A DNA stretch of 60,391 nt, the filler included, from Sphacelaria rigidula (lineage: Eukaryota), in assembly GCA_964200075.2 (NCBI GenBank). It is 6 parts of 6 records of this genome, joined end to end, with 100 filler letters (N's around TTAATTAATTAA, not from the genome) between each part and the next. Parts side by side here need not be neighbours in the genome. Positions count along the whole stretch, not along the records: positions 30,250 to 40,231 come from CAXNAA020007370.1; positions 40,332 to 50,313 come from CAXNAA020007371.1; 4 more parts are not named here. One strand, given 5' to 3'. Positions within the stretch are counted from its first letter, which is position 1, and every line of letters starts with the position of its first letter. The notes beneath the pieces were generated by a model, which was not told the DNA's origin, searched no databases, and saw only the letters and a program-made list of their open reading frames with translations. Below, piece after piece: positions 35,001 to 47,661 of this stretch. The translations under genes were made by a program, and so were the position numbers.

Positions 35001-37480
35001 TGGGTCCATGCTAGTGCGGCCATGGATGCGGCGGAATCAACGCGTCGTACGTGGGAGCCGTGAAGAATAGGCGTAGTACCCTCGGTTGTGAGCTTCCAGC
35101 ACTCACCGCCTTCACATGCGGGCGGGACAATGGAGCAAGCGTGTCACCGCAGTCGTATGTGGAGCTGTGACTGAGACATGACGCCCTCGCGCTGATCACT
35201 TCACTGCAGGGTAGGTACGTGGAGGCCAAGCCACTGTATGAGCAGTGCCAGGCGATCCAGTTGAAGGTGCTAGGCCCTGAGCACCCGGAGCTGGCCACGA
35301 CGCTCCACAGCCGTGCGGGATTGTATCAAGCTCAGGTGAGAGCCGACAGAGGCATTTCATTGTCGTGCGTTGACGTGTCAACGGCCGTGTGTGATGTCCG
35401 ATGTTGTTCGCTGATGCTGTGGGCCAATGCTAGTGAGGCCATAGATGTGGCGGAATCATCTCGTTGTACGCGAGAGCCGTGAAGAATAGGCGTAGTACCG
35501 TCGGTTGTGAGCATACAGCACTCACACGCCTGGACATGCGGGCGGGGCGGTGGAGCGAGCGAGTCACGGCGGTTGTAGGTGGAGCTGTAACAGAGACACG
35601 ATGTTCTGGCGCTTTTTACTGCACTGCAGGGTAGGTACGCCAAGGCGGAGGAACTGTATGAGCAGTGTCGGGCAATCCAGGAGAAGGTGCTAGGCCCTGA
35701 GCACCCGTCGTTTGCCACGACGCTCCACAACCGTGCGGGATTGTATGCAGCTCAGGTGAGAGCCGATGGAGGCTTTTGTCTATCGTGTGTTGACGTATCA
35801 ACGGCCGTGTGTGGTGTTCGATGTTGTTGGCTGGCTGACGCTGTGGACCAATGCTAGTGCGCCCATAGGTGCGGCGGAGTCAAGTCGTTGTACGCGAGGG
35901 GCGTGAAAACTAGGCGTGGTACTGCCGGTTGTGAGCATACAGCGCTCACCGCCTGCACATGCGAGCGGGGTGGTGAAGCAAGCGTGTCACCGCAGTTGTA
36001 GGTCAAGCTGTGACTGAGACCCGACGCCCTCGCGCTGTTCACTATCATGCAGGGGAGGTACACGGAAGCAGAGTCACTATATAGGCAGTGCCAGACGATC
36101 CAGGTGAAGGTGCTAGGCATTGAGCACCCGTCGTTGGCCACGACGCTCTACAACCGCGCGAGATTGTATCAAGCTCAGGTGAGAGCCGATAGAGGCTTGT
36201 GGTTGTCGTGTGTGGTGTTGGACGTTGTTCGCTGATGCTGTGGGCCACTGCTTGTGAGACGACAGGTGCGGCGGAGTCAAGTGGTTGTACGTGAGAGCCG
36301 TGAAGCATGGGCACAGTACCGTCGGTTGTGTGCTCTCAGCGCTCACCGCCTGCACATGCAGGCTTAGCCTTGGAGCTAGCGCGTCACCGCAGTTGTAGGT
36401 CGAGCCATGACTGAGACACGACGCCCTCGCGCTGTGTACTACAATGCAGGGTCGGTACGTGGAGGCGGAGCCACTGTATGAGCAGTGTCAGGCGATCCAG
36501 TTGAAGGTGCTAGGCCCTGAACACTCGGAGTTGGCCACGACGCTCCACAACCGTGCGGGATTGTATCATTCTCAGGTGAGAGCCGATAGAGGCTTGTGGT
36601 TGTCGTGTGTTGACGTGTCAACGGCCATGTGTGGTGTTCGATGTTGTGTAGGTGCGCCGGAGTCAACTGGTTGTACGCGAGAGCCGTGAAGAATGGGCGT
36701 AGTACCGTCGGTTGTGAGCTTTCAGCGCTCACCGCCTAAACATGGTGGGGCGGTGGAGCGAGCGTGTCCCCGCAGTTGTAGGTGGAGCTGTGACTGAGAC
36801 ACGACGCCCTCGCGTCGATCACTACAATGCAGGGAAGGTTCGAGGAGGCGGAGCCACTGTATGAGCAGTGCCAGGCGATCCAGGTGAAGGTGCTTGGCAC
36901 TCAGCACCCGTGGTTGGCCACGACGCTCTACAACCGTGCGAGATTGTGTAAAGCTCAGGTGAGAGCCGATAAAGGCTTGTGGTTGTCGCGTGTTGACATG
37001 TCAACGGCCGTGCCTGGTGTTCGCTTTTGTTCGCTGGTGGTGTAGGCCAATGCTAGTGGGGCCATAGGTGCGGCGGAGTCAACTCGTTGTACGTGAGAGC
37101 CGTGAAGACCAGGCGAGCTACCGTCGGTTGTGAGCTTACAGCGCCTACCGCATGCACATGCGGGCTTGGCGGTGGAGCTGTGACTGAGACACGACGCCCT
37201 CACGCTGTTTACTACAATGCAGGGTAGGCACGTCGAGGCGCAGCAATTGTATGAGCAGTGTCAGGCGATCCAGCTGACGGTGCTAGGCACTGACCACCCA
37301 TTGTTGGCCACGACGCTCCACAGCCGTGCGGGATTGTATCATTCCCAGGTGAGAGCCGATAAAGGCTTTTTGCTGTCTTGTGCTGACGTGTCAACGGCCG
37401 TGTGTGGTATTGGAGTGTCGCTGATGCCGTGGGCCAATGCTAGTGCGGCCATAGGTGCGGCGGAGTCAACTCGTTGTAGT
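32010..37480 (+). repeat. Tandem exon+intron duplication array (14 units, mostly ~380-420 bp)
   Basis: The introns are homologous to one another along their whole length (GTGAGAGCCGATAGAGGC ... GACGCCCTCGCGCTGTTTACTACAATGCAG). Confidence 0.92.
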
Positions 37481-38598
37481 CTCGTGAAATTGCATCGAGC
37501 GCATTATCAATACTAATATTGTGAAACCTTCATCATGGACAGTCAATCATGATCCGAAACCGAAACAACCGTATGCGTTGGAGTATCTACATTGATGCGT
37601 CCTGTTCGAGTAAGCTCGCGAAAAGTCTCTCCTGAGGGAACCACGCTCAATTAATCGAGGAAACGCATTGCAGCCCAGTTCCAGTTGTTTACTTGTGCCT
37701 GCTCTTCTTATACATGACAGTCGGCTCCGAGTCTCTCTCCCATGATGGAGCTGCTGACGAGCTTCGTGCCATCCCGCAGCATTCCCAATGCACTTGTGAC
37801 GGTACGCGTCGAAGTTGTCGAGCGTACTCTCGCCGAGTTTTATCAACGAAGAAGCTTAAAACACGCTGCCACGAAATGAGACGCGCTCAGTTCAGTACAA
37901 CATCATCATTGCCAAAATCACGTCAATCGAACAGCGGCGGAGTCGTTCATGACCAGGTCGCGACATACTCACACCGGGCTGAGTCAGAAAACGTTTCATA
38001 GTTGTTGTGTGGTCAGAGATTTTACATTTCACGACTGGCCCACAGCGCACCCCACGGCGCGCTGGGAAACGTCTCAGTCGCGTTGTCGTGAGATAATCCC
38101 CTGTCGTGCTGGCTGACCGCTGACCTGATGCTTCGCCGATGTGTGGGCTCGGAAGCGAAGACCCAGGGGTGTACCCCCTGGTTTGCGCGATCAGCGGCAC
38201 GTCCTGTACCCGTCATGTCTCTTGCCACCGCTGTGGACAGTGGCTACGTTCTGCTCCGGCTCCGACTCCAGTATCCGGCTCTGGTCTCTACAGCTTGCAT
38301 TGCCTCCGTCACTTGATGTAGGCTTTCGGCAACGCTCAGTCCCGATCCATGAGCAGCACACCACGATACGCCTCGATGCTTTCACGTGTCCTATTCGCCA
38401 ACTCGTGTGCGTGTCCGCTGCTCGCGTGTTTCACGCATTCGTGTGCCCTCTAAACACGTGTAGGGAATGATCAAGGAGGCCGTAGCGAGCTTCGAAAAGG
38501 CCTTGGCGATTCGCAGGAAGTCACTGGGGGGAAATCATCAAGACACCGTTGCCACGAAACGTATGCTGGATGACATGAGAAGATTGCAAGTTCGTTGA
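32058..38598 (+). CDS. TPR-repeat protein, 3' portion (kinesin-light-chain/NB-ARC-TPR-type 42-aa repeats, one per exon); 5' exons absent from the contig
   Basis: Fourteen 126-nt exons, each CAG|GG...CAG|GT, phase 0 and stop-free: 32058-32183, 32477-32602, 32711-32836, 33130-33255, 33549-33674, 33956-34081, 34373-34498, 34791-34916, 35210-35335, 35630-35755, 36053-36178, 36450-36575, 36833-36958, 37223-37348. Consensus GRYxEAEPLYEQCQAIQxKVLGPEHPxLATTLHxRAGLYxAQ. Terminal exon at 38464-38598. Confidence 0.9.
38464..38598 (+). CDS. Terminal (capping) TPR exon GMIKEAVASFEKALAIRRKSLGGNHQDTVATKRMLDDMRRLQVR*
   Basis: TAG acceptor at 38461-38463, phase 0, typical 'EKALAIRRK.LG..H.DT' TPR signature, and TGA stop at 38596-38598. 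Confidence 0.8.
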   Translation, partial: GMIKEAVASFEKALAIRRKSLGGNHQDTVATKRMLDDMRRLQVR

Positions 38599-39747
38599 TG
38601 AGGCAAGGCAGAGGACGGATCGTAATTTGGTGGCTCAACTTTTATCGTTGAGTCATGTCTTCGTCTTTGAGAAGTGCGGATCTCTAGTAGCATATGCTGC
38701 TCATTGTCAGCATTCTCTAGGCCTACCGCTCTCGATGGTTGCTACGTGGGACATTTACCTGACGGAGCCGCAGCTCGATGACTGGCACGGAATCAAATAT
38801 CTCGTTCCTCTTGGCAGGTGGCACCGCATTTATGAGCACGGGCAAGACCTTCCGAATGACCGCTGCGACGGCCGATGTTGGCCAGAACAATCGAGACTGT
38901 CTTTCTCGTCCCTGGAGACTGGCTCATGTGAACGGGGACTCACTTGGAAACTCGGGAGCATCAGTATCGAACGGGCGATTAGGTCACGGAATTGTTTGAC
39001 GGAACTGCATCCAGCAGAGCGCCTCTACATTCGAAGCGCCTCTATACTCTGAGCATGCTTGCACTGAGCGTGTCCTCGTGTACCATCAAGTCAAATGCCT
39101 CCCAGAAGCATGATGCCGAACAATGTAGACGATGCGTCGATGTGGAATAATACTGAGAACCGACATGAAAACATGAGAGTGAAAAGTGAATAAGCCGATC
39201 GGCCCGAGCGTTTTTCTTTTTTAGCTCGTTCGTTTAGGTATAACCGCATCTTGTGGATAGAAGAAACCGCTGTAAATACATTTTTCTCGAGATTTTTTTG
39301 CCAAAACCACACCATGGATGTTGAGTTGTGCATGTTTTAGGTCCGGGGGGGCTACGGTCTCGCAGCGGTCGACCTATGCATGCCAACAATCCAATGAGCT
39401 TTTTGTGGCGGTCGAAGCTCGGCAGCCACCCAGGGCCCCCTCTTGATAGAGGGTAGCTTTGCTCCTGTAGTGTGCCCGTATCAACTAAGGCCGTGTGTTG
39501 ACAACACAAAATATGTCAAGAGTGAAATGATGAAAGTCACATAATAGTGAAATGACGGTTGGCATCATGTTCATTATCACGAGAAATGGCGCGCGCCGCT
39601 CCAATCTAGGGGGAAAATGTAGCGCTACTGAAAACGTAATGTAGTGCACATGTACATGGATTACTTCGGGTACATAAAGGGGCAGATTGACGGTATTTCA
39701 AAGGTACGAGATATTGTGTCATGGCTGAGTGAATGACATATGAGGGG

Positions 39748-39779
39748 GTGCAAAGTGCAAAGTGCAAAGTGCAAAGTGC
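39748..39779 (+). repeat. (GTGCAAA)n 7-mer tandem repeat, ~4.5 copies
   Basis: Directly visible in the sequence. Confidence 0.85.
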
Positions 39780-40231
39780 CCATCAACCGTACTTGTTTTG
39801 CACAATGCATTTCTACACTGGTGGTGTGAACGCAGCTCGGGTGGAGCTCGCACGGTTAATGTTGGGTGAGTGAAGGGTACAAGAAACTAATGCTAAGAGC
39901 TACTACACATCCGCTCTGTTCAAAGCACGTCATTTTAGAGGCCTTCATTCGTTATTATCTATGCGGTGCAAAATACGATATGAATTTTCAGCATTCAAAG
40001 CGTCAGGAATCTCAGGAGGACTCTTTCTAATGTAGCTTGCCCCCCGCCCCCCACGTGCTCCGTCTCGGAAGCGATACGTGGTCAATTGTCAAGCGACGAA
40101 GGGAAGCAACAAATGAACACGCTCCCCTCCCCACTTTGGCAGCGGTTGTTTCACGAAGGACTGCTGCCGAGGTAGTCCCCCCCCCCCCCGTCCCCCTCAC
40201 CTCTAGACTCTTGGGTTGGCGTCGAGTGGCA

Positions 40232-40331
40232 NNNNNNNNNNNNNNNNNNNNNNNNNNNNNNNNNNNNNNNNNNNNTTAATTAATTAANNNNNNNNNNNNN
40301 NNNNNNNNNNNNNNNNNNNNNNNNNNNNNNN
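40232..40331. other. Artificial contig linker
   Basis: N44-TTAATTAATTAA-N44. Confidence 0.99.
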
Positions 40332-40395
40332 CGAAAAGACCCTCCCCACGCCGTACCGACAAGACCGGTCATGGCCTTCGTCGGAGGACGGGGCG

Positions 40396-43300
40396 GTTAT
40401 TATCGGGAGCAAAAGTCTGGCGAAAATCAGCATCAATATCAACAATGATCTGGGCGCATGCGCGCAAGCAGAACACCCTTCTTTGCAGGGCATCGAAACG
40501 CCTGAGTTCCGCGAGTACAGGCGTGTGAGTCTCGCGGCGGAGGAGCTCCAGGAGACGACCGGTCACGAGGAACCGGTGGATTCGTCTGTCGAGCAATTGG
40601 TGTCACGGGGTCCGGATATGTTTATGCCACCAGAGCAAAAGCTTGTTGAGCGCAAAGTGGCGCTTGAGGAGGCGGTGCAAGCGGCGGCGGATAATGGCAT
40701 GTCGGAGCGGGGTGATCTAGCTCCGAGAAATTGTCGGCCGTCGGATCCATGCTTTTCGACGAGCGTTGCAAGGTGGTCCGCCTGCTCGCGTGGAGCCTTT
40801 GCAGGTGCGCTTCAAACCGGGGGCTAAAACAGTCAAGGCGAGCCCGAGAACATACTCTCCAGTGAAGAAGAATTGGTTGGCAGCGTGCATGGCTACGCTG
40901 GTGGTGCTGGGGTTGGTATCCCGCAATATCCAGGCGGTGTGGGCAAGCGCAGCTATGGCTGCGCCCAAGAAGGGCAGCTATCGTCTGGTGAGTGATTACA
41001 GAGCAGTCAACTGGCAGCTCGGGAAGGTTCCCAGTGTTATGCCGACTCATGAGACGGAAATGGCCGATTTGTTGGGTGCATCGTGTTTTGGGAGACTTGA
41101 CATGCTACAGGGGTACTGGCAGATGCCGCTGGCGGCTGAAGCCCAGGAATTTTTCACCATTGCGACTCCCGACGGACTTTTTATCCCCACGAGGGGGCCG
41201 CAAGGCGTGCTCAACGCTACCGGATATTTTCAACAGATGATGATGGGACTGTCGACTGGACTCGACTGCAAGGTATGGGTTGATGATATTTTGTGGTGGG
41301 GGAAAGATGAGGATGACTTTCTGCGCACGCTGGATGCGATTTTGGGCCGATTGGAGGACGTTGGTCTGTTTGCTGCTGCGCACAAGTGCATGTTTTATGA
41401 TACGCAGATCACGTGGTGTGGGAAGGTTTTTCAGGTGGGCAGGTCGCTCATGATCGCGACCGACTGACCGGATTGGCCAACCTGCGTCGCCCACGTACGG
41501 CGGGTAAGCTGATGCAGTTTTCACAGGCTGATAATTGGCTGCGAACCTCTCTACCGCGTTTGGCGGAAACGGTGGAGCCACTGCGTGAACGTTTGGAGGA
41601 ACATCTGCGGGGAAATGTCCGCCGCACTAAGCGAGTGGCGTCCAACCTTATAATCGAAGATTCGGCGTGGACATTTCAGCGGGGTCAGGTATGGCATGCT
41701 GCGCAAGATTTGGTGGCGCATGCTGTCGCTTTGTCGTGTCCAAAGGAGAGGTATGAGGTGCTGATATTTCCAGATGCATCGGATCTACATTGGGGCAGTT
41801 TTTTTACGAAGGTGCCGGCCGCTGAGTTGGATGGGCCGCTGGCGGTGGAAGACATGAGTCACGAGCCGATGGGGTTTTTCAGTGGGACTTTTCGTGGGGC
41901 ACAAGTTCGATGGGCTACGGTGGAACAGGAAGGCTACGCCATTGTGAGTAGGTTCCGAAGGTTGGAGTATTTGCTGTGGGGCGGAGTGCATATTTTCACT
42001 GACCATTGTAATTTGGCATACATTTTTAATCCTGAGGCGTGCGTGGCATCGTTGTCTAAGACTGCTGCCCAGAGACTCGAGCAATGGAAGGCTGTGCTCG
42101 GGCAGTATGATAACACTATCAGGCACATTTCTGGGGAACGCAACTGCTGGGGAGACTTGCTGTCAAGGTGGGTAAATGTTCCGGCGGTGTCTGTTCGTGC
42201 TCTGGCGGTATTCGCGAGTGGTGAGCCGGATGACACACTACCGTCAAAGGACGACATTCGAGCAGCTCAAGAGCAGGCTCGCGCAGGGTTCGGGGTGATG
42301 GTTGATGGAGCTACCCCGTTTACTGCCGCTATTGGGCGCGTTTCGAAAGACAGTTAGGGCTGGTTTCGCGGGCACGTCGCAGATAAGCATGTGTTGTGGA
42401 TCCCGCCGCAAGACGAAGAATTGCAAACACGTTTGATGGTGTGTGCTCACATGAAGGGGGCAGGCCACCGCGGGGTTGTGGCCACATTGCAACGATTACA
42501 GGAATACTGCTGTTGGTACCAGGTGGAGCTTCACGTTACTGATTTCGTGAAAAAATGCTTACACTGCATGGATTCGAAAGCTCGGGAGATGGTCCCGCGA
42601 CCGTTAGGGGAGACCGCTCATGGTATACGGCCCGGTGAGGTGCTGCACTTTGATTATCTCTACGTTGGTGAGAGTGGTCCCTTGGGCAAGAGCGGATTGG
42701 ATGAAGGCGATGGATACAAGTACATTTTAGTGATGATGGAAAACCTGAGCAATTTCGTGTGCTTGGAACCCACGGAATCTTGCACTGCTGCCTTGACGGT
42801 GCAGCATTTGTTGACATGATGCAAAACTTTGGGCCCACCGGAGGTTTGGGTTAGTGATACGGCGTCGCATTTCAAAAACCGTGTGATGCGAGCGCTTGAA
42901 AAGGCGGTGAAACTGGACAGGAGGTTCACGGTCGCCAACTCGCCGTGGTCCAACGCGACGTGTGAACAGATGATGCAAGAAGTTGTCCGTACTCTGAAGG
43001 CAATTCTTCAAGAGGAGCGGCGCGATGTTCATGACTGGGTGGGACTGGTGCCTGCGGTGGAGCGGGCGTTGAATACGGCATTCCGCGAGCGATATGCCAG
43101 AACCCCCTACCGTGTAATGCTTGGACGCGCGCCGCGCACGAGTTTTTCGACACTGGCCTCGTCGACCGGCGGCGAATGGCGACTTGATGTGCTGGATGAA
43201 GGGAGGCTGCGGCAGAAGGTGGCGTCAGTTGTTGAGGCGCAACAATAAGAGCTGCATAACGAGGTGGTGCAGCGTGTGGAGAAGACCCGTGAGTTACAGC

Positions 43301-43806
43301 GACGCGTTGCCCGTAGGGGACAGTTGCCTAATTTCATGGTTGGTGATTACGTGTTGGCGGCAAGAGTTAGGCGTTCCAGCACAATGCCGAAACTCGTCAG
43401 TACGTGGACAGGACCGTGGAGAATCGTGGCAGCGGAGCATCAGCATCTGTACGAGATTCAGAACATCGTCACCAGAGAGGTGAAGGACGCGGATGTCTCC
43501 CGTCTACGGTACTACGCGGACAAGGAGCTGGAGGTCACTGCGGACCTGAAGGAAGTGTTCCAGTACGCGTTTGCTCAAATAGAGTTCGAAATGGAGGCTC
43601 AAGACGGTGATGGATTCGTTGTCCACGTGGAATGCGTAGGTTTCGGCAAGGACGAGAGCTCGTGGGAGCCACCGGAAACTATTTTGGAACGAGCCCCGCA
43701 GTTTGTACGTTCTAAATTGCGTAAGTTGCGACTAAAAAGGAGGTACGGGCGCGTTTGCTGGCGAAGTATGGCCTTAAGTTCTGATTGGTTGGTTTTCAAG
43801 CTGTGA
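40396..43806 (+). pseudogene. pol: Ty3/Gypsy pol pseudogene (end of protease, RT, RNase H, integrase, chromodomain)
   Basis: VIIG protease tail; RT motifs YRLVSDYRAVN, LDMLQGYWQ, PQG and WVDD; RNase H motifs FPDAS, IFTDH and NCWGDLLSR; integrase H..GH..CLHC, LHFDY, SDTASHF and WTGPW; chromodomain-like VHVECVGFGKDESSWEP. In-frame stops end at 42357, 42819 and 43248; frameshifts near 40720 and 41425. Confidence 0.93.
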
Positions 43807-44065
43807 TTGGTTGTTGGCGCCGCTCGTGGATTCTACTATGCAAGTTGGTGTTCGTTGAGTATACCGCTTGATTATTGTTTGCCTAACATGTTGGAGTAGC
43901 TCGTGCTGGTGTTTTAGGATTATACTGGGGGGGACATCGTTATTTGATCTGATGCGGTCTGATATTGAATGCTTGTCCCTTGTTGACATCGTAGGGTACT
44001 GTCGGTGTCTACTGTTTTGTCAAATTCGCTTTCTACTTCGAGTAGTGCGAAGTTTTGGAGGGTGC

Positions 44066-44313
44066 TGTAGAGTAGTCCATCTACAGTATACATGCAACAT
44101 GTAGATATGCGGTGGATCCTGGATTTGGTTGGAGGGTGACTATTGGATGCGTAACATATCGTGTTCGTGAGGAAAGCCCATGAAGCTTACTTCCGGTTTA
44201 ATTAAGGCAACTGTTTGTTTAAGTGCTCTGTCTTGAAGTCGCTGAAGTCCTGCTGGGGAGGACGCCTTTGGAGCAAGCACTTAGACCTTGTTCTGATTCC
44301 AGACAAGTCTACA
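44066..44313 (+). repeat. 3' LTR (248 bp, TGTA...TACA), preceded by a purine-rich PPT-like GGAGGG
   Basis: Direct repeat of 48327-48572 (about 16 substitutions and one 2-nt indel by manual count); followed by GGCG. Confidence 0.92.
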
Positions 44314-44930
44314 GGCGGAAATACGGCCTACAACAAGGGCGGTATGATTGGTCATTCCCGGGGGAACACTTGGCCACGAGCAACGGAACGACACAAGAGA
44401 ACACATCCGTGTCGCCAGCTGACCAGGCTGCGCCACGGGATAGGGGTAGAACAAACAACCGAACACATCCAGATGAATTGTCGAAATGCAGTATCTCACT
44501 TCACCCTGAAACAGTCGTCGGGAATAAATACGGCCTATAACAAGAGCGGTATCAATAGCGGTACACGGTGTAACTAAGGACCCGTGCAACAAGACGATGT
44601 AAGGGAATACCTCCGTGCGGCGAGATCTCTTGGCTGGCGGCAGGGGGTTGAGCAGTGACAACAATGAACACATCCAGAGAAAGAGTCATCAAAATTCCAA
44701 ACATGCGGGAGGCTGGACTAATTCTACAGTCTTCTCATCGCGTAAAGAAACCTCGAAGACAAAAAGAAAAAACACTAGATGCTCAGGGGACACGGACAGA
44801 GATGCGAAAGCGACAAGAAATGTGACTACGGTTACTAGAAACGGAGTCACCGAGAAGGTGAACTTAGCACAAAGAAACACGGTACCAAACCTGTGGGGGG
44901 CTACAATGCAGCAAAGGGGAGGGGGGGATG

Positions 44931-45141
44931 GGGGGGCTACGATCTGATATCTGACCAGATCCGTTTGGGGGCTACGATCTGGTATCTGACCAGATCGCAT
45001 TGAGAGGTTCTGAAATCCGCCAAGGTGAGCTCATCGCTCGCCGCATCGCTGAGGGATGCAGACGGTGTGTCGTAGCAACTCAAGTATAGGCCTACGATAC
45101 AACCGGTGTTGGGGGGCTACGATCTGATATCTGACCAGATC
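44931..45141 (+). repeat. Three copies of GGGGGCTACGATCTG(A/G)TATCTGACCAGATC
   Basis: Copies at 44931-44961, 44967-44996 and 45111-45141, each with GATCTG...CAGATC inverted arms. Confidence 0.85.
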
Positions 45142-45409
45142 GGAGGGGGGGGATGCTGGGAAGCAGCCAGGGCAGCGGCATATGGAACGGGCACGTGAGC
45201 TGTGTTCGAAGGCGTCTCTTCTACAAGAGAAAATATTCAAGCTCGAGTATATTGCCAAAGTACAGCAGAGGATTATACTTTGCCTGATAAGGGGGGACAT
45301 GGTGCGCTAGAAAACCCTGCGCGGTTACGGGACCATTTCTCTCCTCCTGACAAGGGGCGGGGACCATCTGATACTACAAGGAAAAACTCAATCGGGCCGG
45401 ACTGAGGTG

Positions 45410-45635
45410 GTGTCAAACATCGTGAGGTGATCTCGCAAAACTTGTGGGCTTCCATCCGAGGGCAATGTTTTGTCGCTAAAACCACAGTTCTCCCGACGGG
45501 AGTCATCTGTGAATGCAGGAAAGAGTGAAAGAGTCAATCAGGCCTGACTGAAGTATTGTGAGCAAACGTCGAGGGGGTGGTCACGCAAAACTCGTGGGCT
45601 TACATCGGAAGGCAAATTTTGTCGCTAAAAGCATA
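45410..45635 (+). repeat. Imperfect ~75-bp direct repeat
   Basis: 45410-45486 and 45558-45635 share CGCAAAACT.GTGGGCTT.CATC..A.GGCAA..TTTTGTCGCTAAAA. Confidence 0.7.
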
Positions 45636-47661
45636 ATTCGACAGTTATCAGGCGAGTCCTGAAAAGAGGCTCGACTTGTAGTACCGTTGACGGAAAACAA
45701 AAACAAGCACCATGACAAGGAAATCGGTCAGGCGGCGTTGTCCCAGAATGGCGGAAATCAGCTACGGTAGACTCGAATCAATTGTATCAACGTCAAGAAC
45801 GCGACGTCCGGTATTGCATACGTGTGCTGTCACAGGAGGGAGCTACCGTCTCCACGACTGACGGCTCAGCTTCCCACATCTCAGAACCATGCTGCTCGGT
45901 GGGGTACCACAACACATAAAAGGGCGGCCGGGGGGGAAGGGGGGGGGGGTTGCGCATCTACTTATATTCGAGGTGCTCGCCGAGATACAGGGGAGGCGTT
46001 TTTATTCGGCACGAGGCAAATCAACCATATGCTACTACAGCATGGGCCGTCGAAATCAACTATCAACCATCAATGTAGTAGTGGTCGGCGGGCACACAGT
46101 TTGCACGAGGCGCAGTGGCGCGTGCGATACCCTGTTCGAAAGCAGAGTGAACGCACTGCAGTGAGACAGAATAACGGTTGGCTACATGCACAAGGCGGAA
46201 GTTGAAGGCAGTCCCGGCCAGATCGATGCGTAGTCGGGAAACCAACAAAGTACGTCACCATGGCACTTACGCGGGTGTAAACAAGCGGGAACAGGACCAA
46301 AGGGCAGCTACAGCAAATTGCTCAGCAAGTACAAGCAGCGTACCAACGGGGGGGCAGATACGTATCATTAATACGCGAAGCGGGGGCAACGTATAGCAGC
46401 CCTCATTACCATTGTACAGTGCAACCAAACTCAGAGTAAGCTGACGCCCATGACAATCAGAATAGCACAGGTGGGCCTCAATAAATACACGTAAAAAAAA
46501 GCAGAAAAATAAAAGGCGAGTTACTGACTACAGCTTGAGCAGAGAAACACAACGCCAAGCGACACAAAGACTTCCTAACCAAGCAGAACAATGTCCGTTT
46601 ATCGACGCCACTTGTCATAATGATGGGACAGCTAATGCACTGGCTGGGGTCTCTCAGTATGAGGGCCAGGGGATGCCATGGTGCCAATCCACCAAGCTCC
46701 CACGTGGGCAACATCACACAGACCTATAGCTATCCATCATCAACAATCACAGAGTAGGTTCATTCATGTGTACTGCCGATCGAGAACTCACGTGCTTCAT
46801 AGCGTCATGTTATATCTACCAGCAGCTCTCTTACTCAGTACAGCCGCGGCGCAGCCATAGGAACAGAGCGTAGTGATGGCCTAGAGTAGAGACCAAGGCA
46901 AGGTAGTACCTGATCGAGGTGGCTCGGGGCAGCCTCTGGCTGTTTCCGAACAATCCTAACTAATGACAGTAGCAAACACAGAAACAACGCGTCACGGAAC
47001 TCGGTATCTGCGAGCAGACCCGCACAGTGTATATCTCGCAACGCCTCCGAGCTTCATCACACTAGCCCATCCTAGACGAGCCCCTATGCAGTTGAATCGT
47101 CATCACCTCGGTACAATGTCATTGCGCCGAGGAACTTCAAAGCTTTACGAGAAAGGGCTCTTCTACACTACACCCGTACAAAAGCATGAAGCGAAGAAAA
47201 AATAAATAGAGGTGTGTCACGGATCGATCCAGGAATCTTTCCAGGTCCCGAGGCAGCATGACGTCTTCCTCCGTTTGCTAGGACTTGATATGTGACATGT
47301 TCCAGTTTTAGCAATCAGAGGGGTACCCCCCGAGGATCACTTCGTTGTCGAGACTTCCTTCCGAGTCTAGGCCTAGCATCAGCAATAATCAATACACGGC
47401 ATCACGACTCTGCAATCCTGGGACTCGTCTTATACTGCTTCTACTGCCTCATCACTGAGGATCCGCTGACCACATCCTTACTGAGCTCTCGGGTCAACTA
47501 TCTTATACCCAGAAGGCAATCGCATACAGGTACCTCGTGACGGCTTGGGCTTACGGGCAAGGCATCTAGAGGCAGCCAGCTGTACATCAAGACAGCTGCT
47601 GTTGAGAAGCCTTGCCAATACTCTGGGTATGCGCCAGGCCTTTTTCTTATGATCTGTTTCA

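Noticed and set aside
32010-37480. CRISPR-like repeat-spacer array
   Set aside because: Whole units are homologous, there are no unique spacers or cas genes, and exon/intron structure explains the pattern.
20414-38598. EsV-1-7 gene and TPR gene as a linked immune cluster
   Set aside because: They lie on different contigs joined by an artificial linker.
47215-47542. Solo LTR (TGTCACG...CGTGACG) after a purine-rich tract
   Set aside because: The terminal CA is absent, there is no TSD and there is no second copy.
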